Source: Candidatus Poseidoniaceae archaeon
Lineage (GTDB): Archaea > Thermoplasmatota > Poseidoniia > Poseidoniales > Poseidoniaceae
Direction: 5' to 3'
DNA: 64,000 nt
NCBI GenBank assembly: GCA_028821785.1
Contig: JAPKFC010000001.1
Location: forward strand, 7,518-71,517
The position numbers and the translations under genes were made by a program. Shown in pieces: positions 28,202 to 39,080 of this stretch (position 1 is its first letter; each line of letters begins with the position of its first letter). The notes under the pieces were generated by a model. It did not search any database. It had not been told where the DNA came from and was given only the letters and a program-made list of their open reading frames with translations.

Positions 28202-29401
28202 ATGTCAACTGGTTGGGCCCGATTCGCACATCGTTTTGGCCAGTATTATCGTACATCTGAGTTCTGGACTCCTCCGCGATTAAAATCAAGAGAGTGGATG
28301 TTTATTCCCTTTGGAGGCTCACCTCCGATCAGGCACAAAGGTTTCACCGATATGCAAGATGTTAGGACCTTTCTGTCGGAAAGAGCAATGCATTCCTGTT
28401 TCTACTCTACGGCTTATTGGAAAAGACCATATGAGCTAAAAATGGCTGATAAAATCTGGCAAGGTGCGGATTTGATATTTGACCTAGATGGTGACCATTT
28501 ACCAGGTGTCACCGATAGAGATTTCCCTGCCATGCTAGAGGTCATCCAAGAACAAGGTTGGAGTCTTTGGAATGATTTCTTACAACCTGAATTCGGATTC
28601 GATGAAAAATATTTACAAGTTACCTTTTCAGGGCACAGGGGATTCCATTTGCACTACCGCGACCCTAATTTATTTCACTTAGATTCTGAAGCAAGAAGAG
28701 AATTGGTATCGCATATTCGTGGTGAGGGTGTTGATGTACAAGGAGGCATGTCTCGCTTCAATGAAACCGACTCCCATGGATGGTCTAGGAGAATTAGAGA
28801 TGGTGTCGATGACATGATCTTGAAATTACAAGTTATTTCAAATAAGCAAGGAGATTATTCTTCAACATTGAAGGAATTAGAGCATGGTCTCAAATCCCAA
28901 TATGAGAGAGAAGGAACAACTTCTCAAAGAAGCGCTGCATCAATTAAAAAATTGGCAGAAGTGGTGAATCATGAAGCTCGTTCAAAAAGAATTAGAGAAG
29001 GTAATTTTGGCGCACTTGGATCCTACGATGGATTATTCCTTAACTTGTTGAAAACCGACTCTTCGGTAGTCCTAGGAAATGCAGGAGAAACAGATGAAGT
29101 GGTTACCATCGATACTAGAAGGCAAATTAGATGGCCTACATCTCTTCATGGCAAAACAGGAATGCGGGTAAGTGAGTTTCCATTAAATCGTTTGGACCCT
29201 GATGGTTCGAACCCATATAGGCCACTTCAAGAGGCTTTGGTACTAAGTGGTCAAGAAAAGTTGCGGGTAGAAATTACAGTTGAGGATGCTGTTGCCCAGT
29301 TCCATGACAAAAGATATGATTTAACGCGTGGCCAAATTGTGGAAATAAGCGAGGCTGGAGCGACATTTTTGGTTTTGAAAGGCTGGGCAAAAATCGTATA
29401 A
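28202..29401 (+). CDS. priS: DNA primase catalytic (small) subunit
   Basis: YSTAYW, ADLIFDLDGDHL, FSGHRGFH, DEVVTIDTRRQIRWPTSLHGKTG; C-terminal GINS-B-like domain. Confidence 0.93.
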   Translation: MSTGWARFAHRFGQYYRTSEFWTPPRLKSREWMFIPFGGSPPIRHKGFTDMQDVRTFLSERAMHSCFYSTAYWKRPYELKMADKIWQGADLIFDLDGDHLPGVTDRDFPAMLEVIQEQGWSLWNDFLQPEFGFDEKYLQVTFSGHRGFHLHYRDPNLFHLDSEARRELVSHIRGEGVDVQGGMSRFNETDSHGWSRRIRDGVDDMILKLQVISNKQGDYSSTLKELEHGLKSQYEREGTTSQRSAASIKKLAEVVNHEARSKRIREGNFGALGSYDGLFLNLLKTDSSVVLGNAGETDEVVTIDTRRQIRWPTSLHGKTGMRVSEFPLNRLDPDGSNPYRPLQEALVLSGQEKLRVEITVEDAVAQFHDKRYDLTRGQIVEISEAGATFLVLKGWAKIV

Positions 29402-29501
29402 TTGAAAACAAATACATCATCTTTGAATCTATCTCGCGCATACTCCTTCATCGGTAAGGTTCAAGGGTAGAGTTTGACCCACCGTAGGTGGGGTAAGCCG
29501 T

Positions 29502-30566
29502 ATGAGTCAGCAAGATGATGAAAAAAAGGACAGCAAATTGCCACCATTAGGGGCACTTCCTCTACCACCAATGCCACCATTACCGCCCATGCCAAGTATG
29601 GATTCACAATTACCACCTATGCCGGCTATGAGTGCAGAATTGCCTGCACCATTGCCACTACCACCTGCTCCAGTCATGGATGCCCCATTACCGCTACCAC
29701 CTGCACCAGTTATGGATGCACCATTGCCACTACCACCTGCACCTGTTGCGGATACCACATTACCTCCAGCGCCACTGCCAATAGTAACGCCTGCAGCGGT
29801 TGAACCTACATTGCCGCAAACTGACTCATCTTATGGTGATCTTTGGGCAAAGCGGTCAGACAAACCGCTTCCACAAATTTACGGACACATTGACCGCATT
29901 GCTAATTCAGAAGCGGGTTCTTTGTTGGATCGATACTCGGACCGGTTTGGACATTCGATAGACCGCGACATCATCGTATTGAGAAAGCAACAAATTGATG
30001 ACAAAGTTTCAGAAATTAGAGATGCGCCAACTGTTGAATTGATGGATGTAGAAACTATGGGTTTAGAACTTACTGAAGACATGGACCTTTCTGAGCAATT
30101 ATTAGCTATTGAAAGTGAATTACGTTCACTAAAACCGGAATACCAGGCTGCAAAAAGTTCTGGTGATTCCGAGTTATTAGCCCAACTAAGGCCTCAATTA
30201 GAATCTTTAATGGGGCAAAGAAAGGAATTGCAAGCAATTATCGCATCTTCGGAAGAATCAGTAGTTGCACAAGAAGCAGAAGAAACCGATGGAGAAGATA
30301 TCTTTACTTTATTCGTATCAATTGTCGATGACCTATTGGGTTCAAATCTCCCTGAAGATGTCGTCGCAGAATTTATCGAAAGTCCTGATTTCCAAGTATA
30401 CCAGCAAGTTGGCAGTGACCCACAATCTGCCGATGAGGAGTTGAGAGCAGCATTCTTTGCCATCGTCGATGGCCAATTAGGAAATATGGATGGCGCAGAC
30501 ATCCAAGTATTCGTCGAATCAGAACAGTTTGAAATTTATCAGACAGTTGGAAATATGTATCAGTGA
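29502..30566 (+). CDS. Proline-rich hypothetical protein with coiled coil and duplicated acidic C-terminal domain
   Basis: 354-aa ORF; about 95-aa Pro-rich N-terminus; two similar C-terminal units. Confidence 0.7.
   Translation: MSQQDDEKKDSKLPPLGALPLPPMPPLPPMPSMDSQLPPMPAMSAELPAPLPLPPAPVMDAPLPLPPAPVMDAPLPLPPAPVADTTLPPAPLPIVTPAAVEPTLPQTDSSYGDLWAKRSDKPLPQIYGHIDRIANSEAGSLLDRYSDRFGHSIDRDIIVLRKQQIDDKVSEIRDAPTVELMDVETMGLELTEDMDLSEQLLAIESELRSLKPEYQAAKSSGDSELLAQLRPQLESLMGQRKELQAIIASSEESVVAQEAEETDGEDIFTLFVSIVDDLLGSNLPEDVVAEFIESPDFQVYQQVGSDPQSADEELRAAFFAIVDGQLGNMDGADIQVFVESEQFEIYQTVGNMYQ
29645..29750 (+). repeat. Coding tandem repeat, about 3 x 36 bp (APLPLPPAPVMD)
   Basis: gcaccattgccactaccacctgc(t/a)ccagt.atggat repeated with synonymous changes. 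Confidence 0.85.
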
Positions 30567-30576
30567 GCGTGAGAAA

Positions 30577-31440
30577 ATGGGACTACTCGATAAAGCAGGA
30601 AATGTTGGAACAACACCGGATGAAAAGCCTAAGGCTGTAGCAAAAGCAGTTGCTAAAGCAGCACCTAAGGCGGTTGCGAAGCCAAAGGCAGCAGTGAAAA
30701 CCACTGTTTCAGCTAAACCGGTTAAAGCGAAGAAAGTTAGAACTCCGCGCACAACTGGATTACCAGAGGGCTATGAATTAGCATCAAAGATAAATCGTGC
30801 AATCTGTTGGTGGATAAATATCGCTGTCAATTTCTCAGCCCTAACGGTTGCTCTTGTGTTAACAGCTTCCAATACTGGTACGATAACCACCTACCTCTAT
30901 ATCTTATCAATTCTATTGATTTTCCTAAATGTAATCGTAATTCCAGCAAAGACTGGCAGAACGATTGGACACTTTGTATCAAGAACAAAATTCATGACTG
31001 CAAATGGCGAAAAAGCGAGTGTTTTTCATTCAATTCTAGCAAATACAGTTGGATTATTTACCTTAATAGGATTCATACTTGTCCTAATCAATATGTCCGA
31101 TTTCGATCCTAAAAATTACTTTAGTGTCGCCGGTTTAGTAATTGGCATAATTTTCATTGTACTTTGGTTTGTAAATAGAAATTTCAAGAAAAATAGTGAT
31201 ATGGATCAAGGACTCTATGACTTGATGTTCAGAGCATACTTGGTAAAACACATACCGGTAGAAGGGGAAGTCTCAACAGGTATTTGGGGCAGACTTGAAA
31301 ATGCTGGAGAATGGGGTGACAAGATTGCTTCTAGGAGAGAAGAGAATATTAAAAAGTCTGCAGAAAAAGCTGCTGTTAAGGCTGCTAAGGCTGAAGAGGA
31401 TGCAAAGAAAGCTTCCACTGATAGTTCAAAGAATAAATAA
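30577..31440 (+). CDS. RDD-like membrane protein with Lys/Ala-rich termini
   Basis: LASKINRAICWW, GRTIGH, QGLYDLMFRAYLV resemble RDD signatures; 4 TM helices. Confidence 0.65.
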   Translation: MGLLDKAGNVGTTPDEKPKAVAKAVAKAAPKAVAKPKAAVKTTVSAKPVKAKKVRTPRTTGLPEGYELASKINRAICWWINIAVNFSALTVALVLTASNTGTITTYLYILSILLIFLNVIVIPAKTGRTIGHFVSRTKFMTANGEKASVFHSILANTVGLFTLIGFILVLINMSDFDPKNYFSVAGLVIGIIFIVLWFVNRNFKKNSDMDQGLYDLMFRAYLVKHIPVEGEVSTGIWGRLENAGEWGDKIASRREENIKKSAEKAAVKAAKAEEDAKKASTDSSKNK

Positions 31441-31451
31441 ATCACTTCTTG

Positions 31452-32456
31452 ATGATCATCATGATAAACCAGTCTAAGTATGGACGATTTGTAATATTTT
31501 TAATATTACTTCTCATCACTTGTACTATTAGACTAATGGGCAACTACTCCCAATTAGCCGATGTTGTTTTTTCACTATTGCTTGGTGCGTTATTGATTAA
31601 TCTCTTTATCGAATATATAATTATTCAAATATTTAGAAAACCAGATTTCCAAAAGGCTAGCATAGAGATTGAACCTTGGGTAGAATTGATTGCTGATTGC
31701 CGTGGTGTTGAAGCCAGAGCAATGCTAAATCGTAGGGATCAAAGTGCACCATTGCTATTGATGATACATGGCTGGAAAAGTAGCGCTGAATCAGTACGCG
31801 AACGTGCTGAATGGTTTTGTGAACAAGGATGGCATGCTTTGATAGTTGAAATGCCAGGACACGGCAGGGCAATGTCAGTTGAAAAATGGACTGCGATTAG
31901 AGTAATAGAACACACTGTAGAATTGATGGATTCATTAGATAGTTTACTACCTTCAGAAAATATCACAGAAATTGTGTATTATGGGCATTCTATGGGTGGA
32001 TTCGTAGGTCTTAATCTCTCAAAAAGAATTGATAATTATTCTTGGGGTAATAAAATCAAAGGATGGATACTAGAATCTCCTATGACCAAATATTCAATGG
32101 TGTATGAAGAATCGTTAATGCACAACAGAATCCCGCAATTTCTTCATCCATCTATTCAAAGAAGGTTGCTAGTTCAATTCTCAGCACTTCATCCACAAGA
32201 AAAACCTATTCATTCACTTATAGAATTAGACGTTCCGATCTGGGGTATGCCACAACAACCTACGCTCATCCTACAAGCAGAAGAGGATTCAGTCCTAGGG
32301 AGATCTCATTACGACTTACTTGTCTCGTCGATGATTGATGCTGGAAGAGAGGAGATTCTTACAACACATCTAATTAAAGACCTACCACATTCAAGTGCTA
32401 GAATCAATTCAACAAGAAATCATCACATTGAGCAATGGCTGGAGAAGAATTTCTAA
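31452..32456 (+). CDS. Membrane-anchored alpha/beta hydrolase
   Basis: IHGW oxyanion motif, MPGHG, GHSMGG nucleophile elbow, Asp in QAEED and His in LPH. Confidence 0.85.
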   Translation: MIIMINQSKYGRFVIFLILLLITCTIRLMGNYSQLADVVFSLLLGALLINLFIEYIIIQIFRKPDFQKASIEIEPWVELIADCRGVEARAMLNRRDQSAPLLLMIHGWKSSAESVRERAEWFCEQGWHALIVEMPGHGRAMSVEKWTAIRVIEHTVELMDSLDSLLPSENITEIVYYGHSMGGFVGLNLSKRIDNYSWGNKIKGWILESPMTKYSMVYEESLMHNRIPQFLHPSIQRRLLVQFSALHPQEKPIHSLIELDVPIWGMPQQPTLILQAEEDSVLGRSHYDLLVSSMIDAGREEILTTHLIKDLPHSSARINSTRNHHIEQWLEKNF

Positions 32457-32461
32457 ATAAA

Positions 32462-33502
32462 TTATTCTTCGGAATCATCTGACGATTCTGCGTATTCCTT
32501 CGCCAATTCGCGCATATCATCAACTTCATCTAATTCATCAACTATTTCTTCACCGAGTATTGTCTCAAGAACATCTTCCAAAGTTACAAGTCCGGCAGTA
32601 CCGCCAAACTCATCCTTGACAATGGCGACCTGTTGCCTTTGCTCTAAGAATATCTCAAGCGCATGGTCAACAGAGTCATCGACGAGAATAGAGATTGCGG
32701 GCTTCTTGAACTCTCCAATTAATTTATCTGATTCATCTCTACTAGCTGCCATCAGTATTTCAGAACGTATCACAAAGCCTGTGATCTCATCAATAGACTC
32801 TTCATAAATTGGTATTCGAGAAAAACGGATAATCTTGTGTTCTTGTAGTATCTCTTCAACCGTAGCTGTTGACATAAAAGCGGTCATAACTACTCTTGGA
32901 GTCATTATTTCACTAACATTAATATCTCTCAATTTTAGTAAGTTATGAATTACTTCTTCTTCATCGGCCTCAAGAATGCCTTCTTCTTCACCGAGGTCAA
33001 CAATTGCAACAACATCATCTCTAGTGACGAGGGTATCATCACCCTCTGGAAGAATTGATTTTAATAATTGAATTGGAATGATGATAAATGCTAGTAATTT
33101 AACCAAAACCTGTAAAATCATTCCAGTTATTGGAACTAGTTTTTTCCAGTATGCAGTCCCAAGAGTCTTTGGGATAATTTCAGAGAAGAATAAGACTGCA
33201 ATCGTTAGAATGATTGAAGCACCAGTAAGATACTCTTCTCCCCAAATAGTCTGTACCTGTGAACCAACACCAGCAGCGCCCATTGTATGAGCGATTGTAT
33301 TCAAAGTTAAGATCGAAGTTAGAGGCTTAACCGCATCATCATCTTTCAGTTGCGCCCACAAATGTCCTGATTTCTTTCCCTCTTTTTGCAGAACTGCAAT
33401 ATGAGTATGAGGTACCGACAATACAACTGCTTCAAGTATTGAGCAAATGAAAGAGATTCCTAAGGCCAAAACGGCATAAAATACTAGTAAAGTGATGTCC
33501 AT
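32462..33502 (-). CDS. CNNM/CorC-type hemolysin family protein (DUF21 + CBS pair)
   Basis: SFICSILEA, ILTLNTIAHT, SEIIPKT, IMTPR, FSRIPIY, DEFGGTAGLVTLEDVLE. Confidence 0.9.
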   Translation of the reverse strand: MDITLLVFYAVLALGISFICSILEAVVLSVPHTHIAVLQKEGKKSGHLWAQLKDDDAVKPLTSILTLNTIAHTMGAAGVGSQVQTIWGEEYLTGASIILTIAVLFFSEIIPKTLGTAYWKKLVPITGMILQVLVKLLAFIIIPIQLLKSILPEGDDTLVTRDDVVAIVDLGEEEGILEADEEEVIHNLLKLRDINVSEIMTPRVVMTAFMSTATVEEILQEHKIIRFSRIPIYEESIDEITGFVIRSEILMAASRDESDKLIGEFKKPAISILVDDSVDHALEIFLEQRQQVAIVKDEFGGTAGLVTLEDVLETILGEEIVDELDEVDDMRELAKEYAESSDDSEE

Positions 33503-33720
33503 TTGTAGTCAGCGACTCCGGGGCCCATGGTGGGTAAGTGGAACATGAGAGGTGATAGTTCTTGATGATAACCCAATGTAATGATGAATTTCAATATATA
33601 TTTGATTATATCATTTCGCCATTCACTCGTCATTAGAAGTAAGATAAACCCATGCAAGTCTAGTATTACAAGGGTGAAACTCAAGAAGGACATCACACCC
33701 GCATTGAACTAGGGATTGTT

Positions 33721-35994
33721 ATGGTTGATGAGCATGTACTGATTTGTGTTGCTTGGCCATATGCTAATGGCCCACTCCACTTAGGTCATGTTGCAGGCTG
33801 TTATTTGCCACCAGATATCCAAGCCCGTTTCGAAAGAGCGCGAGGAAATAGAGTTCTGATGGTTTCGGGAAGTGATGAACACGGAACTCCAATCACAGTC
33901 ACAGCGGAACAGAATGACATTACACCTCAGCAAGTTGTTGATGAATACCATGCTGTCAACTCCAAGGCCCTAATAGACCTAGGATGTAGTTGGGAGCCAA
34001 ATATTGATTCGCGGGGAATTGAATATGGTGGATCATTATTCAATAGAACCACCGATCCAATGCACAAACAAATAGTTCAGGAAAACTTTTCTTCATTGAT
34101 GGATGCAGGTTTGTTTGAAAGAAAGACTACTCAGCAATACTATGAGACCAATAGCGACGGAAGTGGCCGGTTTTTACCAGATAGATATGTGGAAGGTGTT
34201 TGCCCATCTTGCGCAGAAGATGGTGCCAGAGGAGACCAGTGTGATTCATGTGGAGCTACCTACGAATCAACCGAATTAAAGAATCCAGTTTCTAAGATGA
34301 ACCCTACTGCCAAAATTGAAATCAAAGATACTGACCATTTCTTTTATCGTTTAGATTTATTCCAAGAAGCCCTACAACAACATGCAGATGAAAGGAAATC
34401 AGTATGGAAGCCAAATGTTCGAGCTATGACCAAGCAATGGTTGGACATGGGTTTGCGGCCTAGAGCAGTTACTAGAGACCTTTCGTGGGGAATTCCACTA
34501 CCCTTGGAAGATCCTGAATGGAATGGTAAATGCGTATATGTTTGGTTTGAAGCGGTACAAGGTTACTATTCATGCGCAAAAATATGGGCTCTTCGTCATG
34601 CACAACAAGGTGGTCATCCCGATGGACTAGATGCCTGGAAGAATTGGTGGTGTGTTTCAGAGGATGGGACTAGCCCTAGGCACTTATATTTCTTAGGAAA
34701 AGACAACATACCATTCCATACCGTAATCTGGCCAGCATTAATTCTTGGACTCAACCATGCTTCAAAAGGGAAGACAGCAAGCGACTCTATAGAAATGCCT
34801 TCAAGTGGAGATTTAGCATTGGAGACAAATGTACCGGCAATGGAATATCTAATGTTATCAGGCGGCCAGTTTTCTAAATCACGTAAACACGCTGTATGGT
34901 TACCTTCATTCCTTGAAAGATATAATCCCGACTATCTTAGATACTATCTTTCAATAAATATGCCAGAAATTCATGACACTGATTTCAATTGGCCTGATTT
35001 TGTTGAAAAGATCAACAGTGAATTGATAGCCGCATATGGTAATTTTGTTCATCGCGTATTAACATTAGGCGTTAGATTGCCAATGGGTGATAATGGCCCT
35101 CTTGCCGATATTGAAATCGCAGAATTAACAGTTGAACACCGCCAAAAATTAGAGGAAATACATGCTTCCATTACCGATTCACTGCTTAGACACCGCTACA
35201 AAGAAGCGTTGCGCCATGTTATGTCTGCAGCACAGTATGGGAATCAAATACTACAGGCAGCAACCCCATGGAAGTATCTCAAGAGTGAGGAGGATACAGA
35301 AGAGAGAAGGCAAAGTTTGTCAACTCTTGCATTCGGCTGGCGTTTATCTCGTTTTTTGGCAATCACTTCACAGCCATTCTTACCATTTAGTGCTGCTAAG
35401 TTATGGAATGCACTAGGGCAAACAGGCGATGTTAGTCTTGTTTCATGGGATGATGCGATAGATTGGGATGTCACAATGACCTGGAGTCAGGAAACGCCTA
35501 CTCCGCTGTTTGAACGCCTCGAATTAGATGTTATTTTGGAAAGTGAGAAATCTCTAACCGAACCAGATACAACAAAAGCAGATGAAAAGCCAATTCACAC
35601 AGTTAAAGGTAGCAAGAAAAACAAAAAGGAGATGAAAGAAATGATTGAAGCACCAGAAGGAATAACATATTTGAACTTTGAAACATTTATGCAAGTTGAT
35701 CTAAGAGTAGGAAAGATATTGACTGTTGAGGACCATCCTAATGCAGACAGATTATATGTTGTGACAATAGATGACGGCAGTGATACTGAAAGGACTATTT
35801 GTGCAGGATTAAAGCAATACTATCAGGCAGAAGAGATGGTTGGTAAAACAGTGGTATTCGTTGCAAATTTGAAACCAAGACCACTTAGAGGAGTCACCTC
35901 TGAGGGAATGATGCTAGCAGCAGATGACGGGAAAGATGGAGTTCGATTGGTAACAATAGATGGCGACATCGCAACTGGTTCACAAGTACGTTGA
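33721..35994 (+). CDS. metG: Methionyl-tRNA synthetase with C-terminal tRNA-binding (Trbp111-like) domain
   Basis: PYANGPLHLGH, GSDEHGTPI, Zn knuckle, YVWFEA, FSKSR; C-terminal DLRVGKI..HPNADRLY..SEGMML. Confidence 0.96.
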   Translation: MVDEHVLICVAWPYANGPLHLGHVAGCYLPPDIQARFERARGNRVLMVSGSDEHGTPITVTAEQNDITPQQVVDEYHAVNSKALIDLGCSWEPNIDSRGIEYGGSLFNRTTDPMHKQIVQENFSSLMDAGLFERKTTQQYYETNSDGSGRFLPDRYVEGVCPSCAEDGARGDQCDSCGATYESTELKNPVSKMNPTAKIEIKDTDHFFYRLDLFQEALQQHADERKSVWKPNVRAMTKQWLDMGLRPRAVTRDLSWGIPLPLEDPEWNGKCVYVWFEAVQGYYSCAKIWALRHAQQGGHPDGLDAWKNWWCVSEDGTSPRHLYFLGKDNIPFHTVIWPALILGLNHASKGKTASDSIEMPSSGDLALETNVPAMEYLMLSGGQFSKSRKHAVWLPSFLERYNPDYLRYYLSINMPEIHDTDFNWPDFVEKINSELIAAYGNFVHRVLTLGVRLPMGDNGPLADIEIAELTVEHRQKLEEIHASITDSLLRHRYKEALRHVMSAAQYGNQILQAATPWKYLKSEEDTEERRQSLSTLAFGWRLSRFLAITSQPFLPFSAAKLWNALGQTGDVSLVSWDDAIDWDVTMTWSQETPTPLFERLELDVILESEKSLTEPDTTKADEKPIHTVKGSKKNKKEMKEMIEAPEGITYLNFETFMQVDLRVGKILTVEDHPNADRLYVVTIDDGSDTERTICAGLKQYYQAEEMVGKTVVFVANLKPRPLRGVTSEGMMLAADDGKDGVRLVTIDGDIATGSQVR

Positions 35995-35995
35995 T

Positions 35996-36625
35996 TCACA
36001 AACCAAGTCGTGAATTAACAGATTTCATTGATTCCCTAGACAATACTCTAGCCTCTTCCAAAATATCTGGGGATAATTTTCTCATATGAGATCCCATTTC
36101 TTCAGGGATTGAAGATAAATTGATTTCAACATTGAATAATGCACCCTTTACAGCCGCACTTGCTAATAATGCTGCAACCCCTACATCAGAGGCCGCATTG
36201 CCATTTCCCTTTTCAGCCAAATCAGGGAGGTGTCGAAGTAGTGATAGAGCTAGAGTCGCAGTTTCAAATGGAACTTCAGCTGCTTTGAGTGTACTTTGAC
36301 GGATGCAATTTCTTCTTGCATCAATTTCCTCATCAGTACCCTTAGGCATCTTGAAGCAGGCCATGACCGCATCGAAGGAGTCACTGTCTTCTATGGCTAA
36401 CTCACCAGCGCGACCCATTAGAGGAATGGCAGCATTTTGCGCATCTTCTGCAACTTGCCAACCCTCTTGCCATTTTTCCTTGCCGATTGTTAAATCTGTA
36501 ACCATGCAAGTCAAAGCGGCGGCTTGTCCAAGGGCTACCGCGGCTGCAGTTCCTCCACCAGGAGTTGGGGAAGATGATGCGAGAGCAGCTTGGAAATCAC
36601 GTAAAGACATGTCCATCCAATTCAT
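35996..36625 (-). CDS. Formiminotetrahydrofolate cyclodeaminase
   Basis: LASSSPTPGGGTAAA, DSDSFDAVM, AAEVPF, GNGNAASDVGV, NVEINL; ATGA overlap with the upstream formiminotransferase. Confidence 0.9.
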   Translation of the reverse strand: MNWMDMSLRDFQAALASSSPTPGGGTAAAVALGQAAALTCMVTDLTIGKEKWQEGWQVAEDAQNAAIPLMGRAGELAIEDSDSFDAVMACFKMPKGTDEEIDARRNCIRQSTLKAAEVPFETATLALSLLRHLPDLAEKGNGNAASDVGVAALLASAAVKGALFNVEINLSSIPEEMGSHMRKLSPDILEEARVLSRESMKSVNSRLGL

Positions 36626-37671
36626 TGTTCCACCGCCTTTGCTACAGCCCATTCAATTATTCTCTCCTCTGCATTAAATGGTGATAACTGAGAAAGACCT
36701 AAACCTTCTATTGCAGCAATTACCAATTCCTTTTCATCAGTAATTCCTTCCGCAGCATACCACTTTCCAGAATCCAACATAGCAGAAAGTGGAACAAGAC
36801 CAACTAACTCACTACCAGGTACATTGACTTGATGATCGGATGCAACGCTCTTACAGGCTTCGAATGCAATATGCATTGGACATGCTGTAACATCTCGTAA
36901 ATTCATAGATACTTGAGAGATGCCATGGCTTTCCAAAGTAACACCCATTCCTTGCACCATGGGTAGCATACCAGGGATTCTTGTCCTTCTTCCATCCGAT
37001 TGCTTTAGCAATCTACCAGTCGATCTAACCAGCGAACCTATTTTTTTAGCAACAACAGCATCAGTTTCGTCTACATTTACATTATACGCGACCAGTATAC
37101 TCCTCGAACCGATTGTAATTGCACCAGATTTAGCACAATTTTCATTCCACTGCATAGGTCCAAAGTCTGGTAGCTTAGTTGATTCAGAATGGCTAGTATC
37201 GCCGCCACTCATTCTTGCCTGCAGCCCTTCATATTGCTCCTTTCTAAGAGAGGACAAGAGAGTTCTATCATCGTGAGTTGCAGCGAAACCATATGTGAAA
37301 GTTGGAACTTCACATTCGTTAGCCACTTTAATCGCTAACTCCTTCGCTAATGCTGAACATTGTTCCATAGTAATACCTTGAAGTGGAACAAAGGGACAAA
37401 CATCTACAGCGCCGAGTCGAGGATGCTCACCTTTGTGTTGCCTCATGTCAATGTGAATTATTGCTGCCTTTATGAGTTCAAAGGCTCCTTTTGAAACAGG
37501 ACCAGCTTCACCTGCCAATGTTATTACCGTCCTGTTATAATCAGCATCAGGCTCAACTCCCAATACTGCACAACCAGAAATATTTCTAGCGGCTTGAACT
37601 ATAAGTTCGATTTTTTCAGTATCAATTCCCTCAGAAATGTTGGGCACGCACTCAACGATTGTTGCTACCAT
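36622..37671 (-). CDS. ftcD: Glutamate formiminotransferase
   Basis: IVECVPNISEG, DYNRTVIT, IDMRQHKGEHPRLGAVDVCPFVPL, QVSMNL, SELVGLVP. Confidence 0.92.
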   Translation of the reverse strand: MVATIVECVPNISEGIDTEKIELIVQAARNISGCAVLGVEPDADYNRTVITLAGEAGPVSKGAFELIKAAIIHIDMRQHKGEHPRLGAVDVCPFVPLQGITMEQCSALAKELAIKVANECEVPTFTYGFAATHDDRTLLSSLRKEQYEGLQARMSGGDTSHSESTKLPDFGPMQWNENCAKSGAITIGSRSILVAYNVNVDETDAVVAKKIGSLVRSTGRLLKQSDGRRTRIPGMLPMVQGMGVTLESHGISQVSMNLRDVTACPMHIAFEACKSVASDHQVNVPGSELVGLVPLSAMLDSGKWYAAEGITDEKELVIAAIEGLGLSQLSPFNAEERIIEWAVAKAVEQ

Positions 37672-37726
37672 GAACGAGGGTTAACGCATTAGGGCTTTGA
37701 ATGTTGACAAAGGATAATTTCAAAAA

Positions 37727-38947
37727 TCAACTATAGAGTCCTTCTGGAGTGGACGAAATACCACCCTGATTCCTCTTGCTGTTAATTCTCTTTACAGCCC
37801 CGAGTATGTCGTTTTGAGTAACTGTATCGCGCTTATCTCTTATTGCAGTCATACCCGCTTCAACACAAGTAGCCTTCAATTCAGCACCAGAATAGCCTTC
37901 GGTTAATTCTACAACTCTTTGAACATTAATTCTTTTAGTATTCATATTCTTGACGTGCAATGAAAGTATGGCACTTCTTGCCTTTTCATCAGGCATAGGA
38001 ATTTCAATGACTCGGTCAAATCTTCCAGGCCTTAACAAAGCGTCATCCAAAATATCCGGGCGATTTGTAGCGGCAATTATCTTTACATTTTCTAAAGAGT
38101 CAAAACCGTCTAATTCGGCTAGTAATTGCATTAATGTTCGTTGAACTTCCCGATCACCGCTTGTAGAACCATCCAATCTTTTTGCACCGATTGCATCAAT
38201 TTCATCCAAGAAAATAATCGAAGGGGACTTTTCTTTTGCTAATGAGAACAATTCTCTAACCATCCTTCCTCCTTCACCAATATATTTCTGGGCTAATTCA
38301 CTACCGACCATACGAATAAATGTTGCATCGGTGTGATTTGCTACCGCTTTAGCAATCAATGTTTTTCCACATCCCGGTGGACCAACTAATAAGATCCCCT
38401 TTGGTGCTTCAATTCCAACTTTTACGAATAACTCAGGTGAAGTCAAAGGCAATTCGATAGCCTCCCTTATCGCTTCAATTTGGTCGTCCAAGCCAGCAAC
38501 CTCGCTGTAAGTAACATCGGGTTTCTCAACCATTTCAGCACCGCTAACCATCGGATCCCAAGCATCGTGTAATACTTCGATTATCGCCAAAGTATCTTGG
38601 TTTAAGGCCACCCTGGTACCCGGTTGTAATTTAGAAGGTTCAATTCTTTGATTCAATGAAACCTGAAACACAGTACCATTAGATGAGCGTACTATTGCCC
38701 TGTCGCTGTCTAGAATATCCTGTAAAGTACCTATGATAAGAGGGGGTTTCCTCATTGATTTTACTTCTTCATTTAGTGTATTTGCTCTCTTCTTAAGACC
38801 TCTAACTTCTGACTCAAGGTGTGCTCTATCGTTTATCAGAGATTGGGCTTCTTCTTGCAAAACGCGGTAATCTGATTCTAATTTTTTAAGGTCTTCATCA
38901 GAACTTTTTGTCTCAGCGTTAGCGCTGCTCTCGACTTCACTACTCAT
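37727..38947 (-). CDS. pan: Proteasome-activating nucleotidase
   Basis: N-terminal coiled coil and OB fold, GPPGCGKT, QKYIGEG, DEIDAIG, SGDREVQRT, LRPGRFDR, C-terminal HbYX motif LYS. Confidence 0.95.
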   Translation of the reverse strand: MSSEVESSANAETKSSDEDLKKLESDYRVLQEEAQSLINDRAHLESEVRGLKKRANTLNEEVKSMRKPPLIIGTLQDILDSDRAIVRSSNGTVFQVSLNQRIEPSKLQPGTRVALNQDTLAIIEVLHDAWDPMVSGAEMVEKPDVTYSEVAGLDDQIEAIREAIELPLTSPELFVKVGIEAPKGILLVGPPGCGKTLIAKAVANHTDATFIRMVGSELAQKYIGEGGRMVRELFSLAKEKSPSIIFLDEIDAIGAKRLDGSTSGDREVQRTLMQLLAELDGFDSLENVKIIAATNRPDILDDALLRPGRFDRVIEIPMPDEKARSAILSLHVKNMNTKRINVQRVVELTEGYSGAELKATCVEAGMTAIRDKRDTVTQNDILGAVKRINSKRNQGGISSTPEGLYS

Positions 38948-39080
38948 ACGAACAAATCACTGGTTGAGGCGACACCGTATGAACTCCTCGCTTGACAATA
39001 TAAGAAACGGGCTGTTCCGAAGGATTCAAAGGATTCCGGCTATTAATCATAATTACAGGCGACTGTACGGAAGTGACATT

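Noticed and set aside
33503..33720. AT-rich intergenic region with TGATGA motifs as a possible C/D box sRNA or origin
   Set aside because: No properly placed CTGA D box, no ORB repeats or cdc6 nearby; explained as a divergent promoter region
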